Shown here: positions 39,599 to 42,971 of the stretch, piece by piece
How positions within the stretch are numbered: the stretch's first letter is position 1
How the letters are laid out: the number at the start of each line of letters is the position of its first letter
NCBI GenBank assembly: GCA_902797265.1
Contig: CADBSF010000045.1
Span: forward strand, 1-42,971
Length of the DNA: 42,971 nucleotides
Origin: an uncultured Erysipelotrichaceae bacterium
GTDB taxonomy: Bacteria > Bacillota_I > Bacilli_A > RF39 > UBA660
Direction: 5' to 3'
The notes under the pieces: model-generated
Database searches by the model: none
The model's input: only the letters and a program-made list of their open reading frames with translations
Told to the model about the DNA's origin: nothing
Made by a program: the position numbers and the translations under genes

Positions 39599-40390
39599 AT
39601 GTTGAAGAAAGAATTTAAAGATAATTTCAAATCATTTCTTATTTGGACTACTGTATTAATTGTTATATTTTTAATTGTATATAGTGTATATCCTTTTATC
39701 ATCACAGATGATACAGTAAAGAATTTAGATGAAATGATGAAAGTATTTCCAAAAGAATTATTAAAATCATTTAATATGGATATTACAACAATTAATACAG
39801 CATATGGTTGGTTAAAGTCTGAAGGTTTTATGTTTGTCTATCTAATTGTTGGATTTTATTCTTCCTTATTAGGTTTACAAATTCTATTAAAAGAAGAAAA
39901 TGATAAAACGATAGAGTATTTAATATCTCTTCCTATCAAAAGAAATATTATAGTAAGAAATAAAATTGTTGTTAGTGTTATCTATATCTTTTCTATGATT
40001 TTCTTATTAGGAGTCTTTAATTATATTGGATTATCGTTAAGTGGAAGTTTTAATCAAAAAGAATTTTTGTTAATTAGTATTACTCCTTTGTTTGTTGCTT
40101 ATCCTTTGTTTGCTTTCAATTTGTTCTTATCTGTATTTTTACATAGAACAAAGAAAACGTTAGGGATTAGTTTAGGACTTGTTTTCTTCTTTTATATCAT
40201 AAATATATTATCAGAATTATCTACCAAAATAGATGGAATCAAATATTTTAGTATATATACATTAGCTGATATCAGAAATGTGATATCAAAATGTTCTATT
40301 AATCCTATTTGTATTGTGATTAGTTGTACGATAACAATATTATTTATTACTTTAACTTATTTATTTTATCAAAAGAAAGAATTAATATAG
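39599..40390 (+). CDS. ABC-2 type transporter permease
   Basis: Six TM segments; KEENDKTIEYLISLPIKR motif. Confidence 0.9.
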   Translation: MLKKEFKDNFKSFLIWTTVLIVIFLIVYSVYPFIITDDTVKNLDEMMKVFPKELLKSFNMDITTINTAYGWLKSEGFMFVYLIVGFYSSLLGLQILLKEENDKTIEYLISLPIKRNIIVRNKIVVSVIYIFSMIFLLGVFNYIGLSLSGSFNQKEFLLISITPLFVAYPLFAFNLFLSVFLHRTKKTLGISLGLVFFFYIINILSELSTKIDGIKYFSIYTLADIRNVISKCSINPICIVISCTITILFITLTYLFYQKKELI

Positions 40391-40404
40391 AAAGGAATTA
40401 TTAT

Positions 40405-41313
40405 ATGAATAAAAATAAGAGATATTTATGTGTTGGACATTCTACGTATGATACGACTATACCTGTTAATGAATATCCAAAAGAAAATATTAAACATCGA
40501 GTTGAATACAAAATTGAATGTGGAGGAGGACCTGCTGCAAATGGGGCTTATCTTCTAGCAAAATGGGGAATGGATGTTACGATTTGTTCCATTATTGGAG
40601 ATGATTACTATGGAGAACAAATAACGAAAGAGTTCAAAGAGATAGGTGCTGATGTTACTTATCTAGAAAAAAGAAAAGATTATCATACTTCTAGTAGTTA
40701 TATTATTGCGAATATGAGTAATGGTTCAAGGACGATTCTTACAACAAAGAAAGAAAAGATTAGAAAATTATCAAAAGAAGTTAATGAAAAAGCAGATGTA
40801 ATCTTGATTGATGGTGAACATCCAGAAACTGCTAGCGAAGTATTAGATAAGAATCCAAATGCAATCAGTGTAATTGATGCGGGAAGACTAAATGATGATA
40901 CGAAATATTTAGGAAAAAAAGTAACTTATGTAGTATGTTCAAAAGATTATGCAGAAGAATTTACGAATCAAAAAATTGGAGAAATTAATTTAGATCAATT
41001 AATGAATATTCATAAGCAATTAGAAGACTATTTTCAAACTAATATTATTATTACATTAGAAGGAAATGGAAGCTTTACAAAAATAGATAATATCTATCAA
41101 ATAATTCCAACAATTAAAGTAAGAGCGTTAGATTCTACAGGAGCAGGAGATATTTTCCATGGAGCTTTTACTTACTTTATTGGAAATGATTATTCATTAA
41201 AAGAAGCTATTCGAATGGCATCTATTACGGCTGCTATTTCAGTTACTAGGGTTGGAGCAAGATACTCTATTCCTATGTTATCGGAAGTATTAGGATATGA
41301 TAACGCTATATAG
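40405..41313 (+). CDS. PfkB-family carbohydrate kinase
   Basis: GGGPAAN, IGDDYYG, DSTGAGDIFHG; start likely 40405 (RBS aaagga). Confidence 0.92.
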   Translation: MNKNKRYLCVGHSTYDTTIPVNEYPKENIKHRVEYKIECGGGPAANGAYLLAKWGMDVTICSIIGDDYYGEQITKEFKEIGADVTYLEKRKDYHTSSSYIIANMSNGSRTILTTKKEKIRKLSKEVNEKADVILIDGEHPETASEVLDKNPNAISVIDAGRLNDDTKYLGKKVTYVVCSKDYAEEFTNQKIGEINLDQLMNIHKQLEDYFQTNIIITLEGNGSFTKIDNIYQIIPTIKVRALDSTGAGDIFHGAFTYFIGNDYSLKEAIRMASITAAISVTRVGARYSIPMLSEVLGYDNAI

Positions 41314-41551
41314 TAATTTACCAACATTAGATCTTCATGGAATCGATAGAGATTATGCTAAAATATTAATTAATGATTTTATCGAAGATAATTATCGAAT
41401 TAAGAATGAGAAAATAATAATTGTACATGGAAATGGACAAGGAATAATCAAAAAAACAACACAAGAAACATTAAAAAATAATAAATATGTAAAGGAATAT
41501 AAAATTGATAATTTTAATACAGGTATTACAGTCGTTGAACTTAAAAAGTAA
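41297..41551 (+). CDS. Stand-alone Smr (MutS2 C-terminal) domain protein
   Basis: LDLHG, IVHGNGQGIIK, NTGITVV. Confidence 0.9.
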   Translation: MITLYSNLPTLDLHGIDRDYAKILINDFIEDNYRIKNEKIIIVHGNGQGIIKKTTQETLKNNKYVKEYKIDNFNTGITVVELKK

Positions 41552-41553
41552 CC

Positions 41554-41582
41554 TTGACAAAGAAAAGGTGGAGTGCTAAAAT
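41554..41582 (+). promoter_or_regulatory. sigmaA promoter
   Basis: TTGACA-17-TAAAAT with TG extension. Confidence 0.75.
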
Positions 41583-41611
41583 AATCCTCAAATTCTGTAG
41601 GGGGTTCGTGT

Positions 41612-42121
41612 ATGTATACAGAAGACTTTGAAAAAAGAGGATATTCGATTCGAAATGTTATTTTTAAATTATTGATAGTTGTTATTTTGGCTTGGATAAT
41701 TGCTAAATTATTACCAAGATTTATCGTACCACAATGGAATCAATTAAATGGTAAAGATGATTGCAGGACAAGTAATTGTGATTCTTCTCTTAGCATGCTA
41801 TCATCACAGACTTATGTAGATAATATTGAAAGAATGAAAAATTCAGCTATATCATATTTTACAAGTGATAAATTACCTAAAGAACTAAGTGATTTTTGGA
41901 AAGTAACATTAAAAGATATGATAAATGATCATATTATAGAGGAACTGGTTGATAAAAATAATAAAGTAGTTGATCAAGAAAAAAGTTATGTTAAAATTAC
42001 CAAAATAAGTAATGGATATGTACTAGAAGTATATATAAAAGATTCAGAAAAAAGAGATTATAATATTTTTCATTTAGATCATTATCGTTATTGTAGTGAT
42101 TATTTATGTCAAAAAAGATAA
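41612..42121 (+). CDS. Membrane-anchored hypothetical protein with Cys pairs
   Basis: N-terminal TM; VTLKDMI..HII motif; C-terminal YCSDYLC. Confidence 0.75.
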   Translation: MYTEDFEKRGYSIRNVIFKLLIVVILAWIIAKLLPRFIVPQWNQLNGKDDCRTSNCDSSLSMLSSQTYVDNIERMKNSAISYFTSDKLPKELSDFWKVTLKDMINDHIIEELVDKNNKVVDQEKSYVKITKISNGYVLEVYIKDSEKRDYNIFHLDHYRYCSDYLCQKR

Positions 42122-42212
42122 TAAGTATTTGATAGGGTTCATTATTATTGTTCATTATTACTTAGTATTAACCATATATAGTTAGATTATTTGAAAATAT
42201 AATTTAAAATGA

Positions 42213-42241
42213 TTGACAAAATCCAACAATTGTAGTATAAT
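42213..42241 (+). promoter_or_regulatory. Consensus sigmaA promoter
   Basis: TTGACA-17-TATAAT. Confidence 0.85.
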
Positions 42242-42289
42242 ATGTGTACATTGATGGTATAATAGGCAACAAGTTTAGGGGGTTGAATT

Positions 42290-42709
42290 ATGAATAATAA
42301 TTATATATTTGAATACTTAGATGAAAATGATTTTAGAAAGAAAGAAAGGTCAGTAAGAAAATATAACATGCTTGCTTATAAGAAGTTAACCTTTACATAT
42401 TATCCAGAATTAAGAAAAGGAACCTTTTTAGGTAAGAAAGTAAAAGAAGATGTAAAAGCAAAAACGGAAAATTATGAATTACAATTACCTACTGATGAAT
42501 TATTTAAAAAAGTTCATGGTCCAATTATTTTACATTATACTGTTTACACAGAAAAGAATATTATCTTACTAACAAATATTACTCCAGAAGGTATATTAGA
42601 TGAAGGACATAGAGCAGAATTGTCTACTTATAAAGGAGTAATGATTTCTAAAACAAATCCAGAAAAGGATATGTTCAAAATTAATTTATTAAATATGTTA
42701 GAAAAATAG
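42290..42709 (+). CDS. Hypothetical protein
   Basis: 139-aa ORF with consensus promoter, G-rich RBS and downstream hairpin. Confidence 0.8.
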   Translation: MNNNYIFEYLDENDFRKKERSVRKYNMLAYKKLTFTYYPELRKGTFLGKKVKEDVKAKTENYELQLPTDELFKKVHGPIILHYTVYTEKNIILLTNITPEGILDEGHRAELSTYKGVMISKTNPEKDMFKINLLNMLEK

Positions 42710-42802
42710 AGGAAAGTCTTCTATTTTTTTATTCTTTTTAATATTTTTATTTTTTTCTCTTGCAAGAGAATAGAAACTATGATATTATTATTAAGTAACA
42801 AC

Positions 42803-42879
42803 GGACCCTTAGCTCAGTTGGTTAGAGCTTCCGGCTCATAACCGGGTGGTCACAGGTTCGAGTCCTGTAGGGTCCACCA
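42803..42879 (+). tRNA. tRNA with CAT anticodon, most likely tRNA-Ile2 (lysidine-modified)
   Basis: 77 nt; GGACCCT/AGGGTCC acceptor stem, CCA encoded; anticodon loop CTCATAA; resembles Bacillus Ile2 rather than fMet. Confidence 0.9.
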
Positions 42880-42887
42880 AAAATAAT

Positions 42888-42971
42888 GCGAGTATGGCGG
42901 AATTGGCAGACGCGCTAGACTTAGGATCTAGTGTCCCAGACGTGCAGGTTCAACTCCTGTTACTCGCACCA
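42888..42971 (+). tRNA. tRNA-Leu(TAG)
   Basis: 84 nt; long variable arm; anticodon arm CTAGA-CTTAGGA-TCTAG; CCA end. Confidence 0.95.

Noticed and set aside
41553-41579. CIRCE element (GAGTGCTAA at 41571-41579)
   Set aside because: Only the right half-site is present; the left position holds the -35 box, not TTAGCACTC. The match is explained by the TG-extended -10.
42137-42160. GTTCATTATTA direct repeat (two copies, 13-bp period)
   Set aside because: Low-complexity AT-rich match with no other copy noticed; insufficient support for an operator.
42916-42933. tRNA-Leu anticodon arm CTAGA..TCTAG resembling the intergenic CTAG hairpins (possible att site)
   Set aside because: This arm is the ordinary sequence for this tRNA in Bacillota, the loops differ, and I saw no duplicated tRNA fragment or integrase.
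1-42971. CRISPR array, prophage or classical integron
   Set aside because: No regularly spaced repeats, cas, phage structural or integrase genes seen; the hairpins lack the attC RYYYAAC/GTTRRRY boxes.

Overview
Very AT-rich Bacillota chromosome segment using standard code 11 (TGA is a stop). The gene content and style suggest an uncultured gut Bacilli lineage such as RF39, but that is an inference. Every intact gene lies on the + strand. The window is mostly a string of about 20 short, self-contained transcription units. They encode lipoproteins, three putative sortase-anchored proteins sharing a C-terminal Ig/X2-like module, ABC transporters, redox and metal enzymes, an acyltransferase/hybrid kinase/two-GGDEF signalling block, GT2 and OatA-like envelope enzymes, and many ORFans. 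The window ends in tRNA-Ile2(CAT) and tRNA-Leu(TAG). Features the ORF track does not show: (i) an unannotated 49-aa, 13-Cys metallothionein-like gene with its own promoter, RBS and terminator; (ii) a decayed ISLre2-family IS about 16 bp upstream of a sigmaA -35 box; (iii) a recurring family of ACTAG..CTAGT hairpins at unit ends and TGATATAAT boxes at unit starts; (iv) a 75-bp promoter/start-codon direct repeat bracketing a 1.8-kb two-gene module; (v) several gene-tail remnants. Items iii-v suggest a cassette-like array with gene turnover. No recombinase is present in the window, so this remains a hypothesis. All product calls come from motif recognition by eye; no searches were run.
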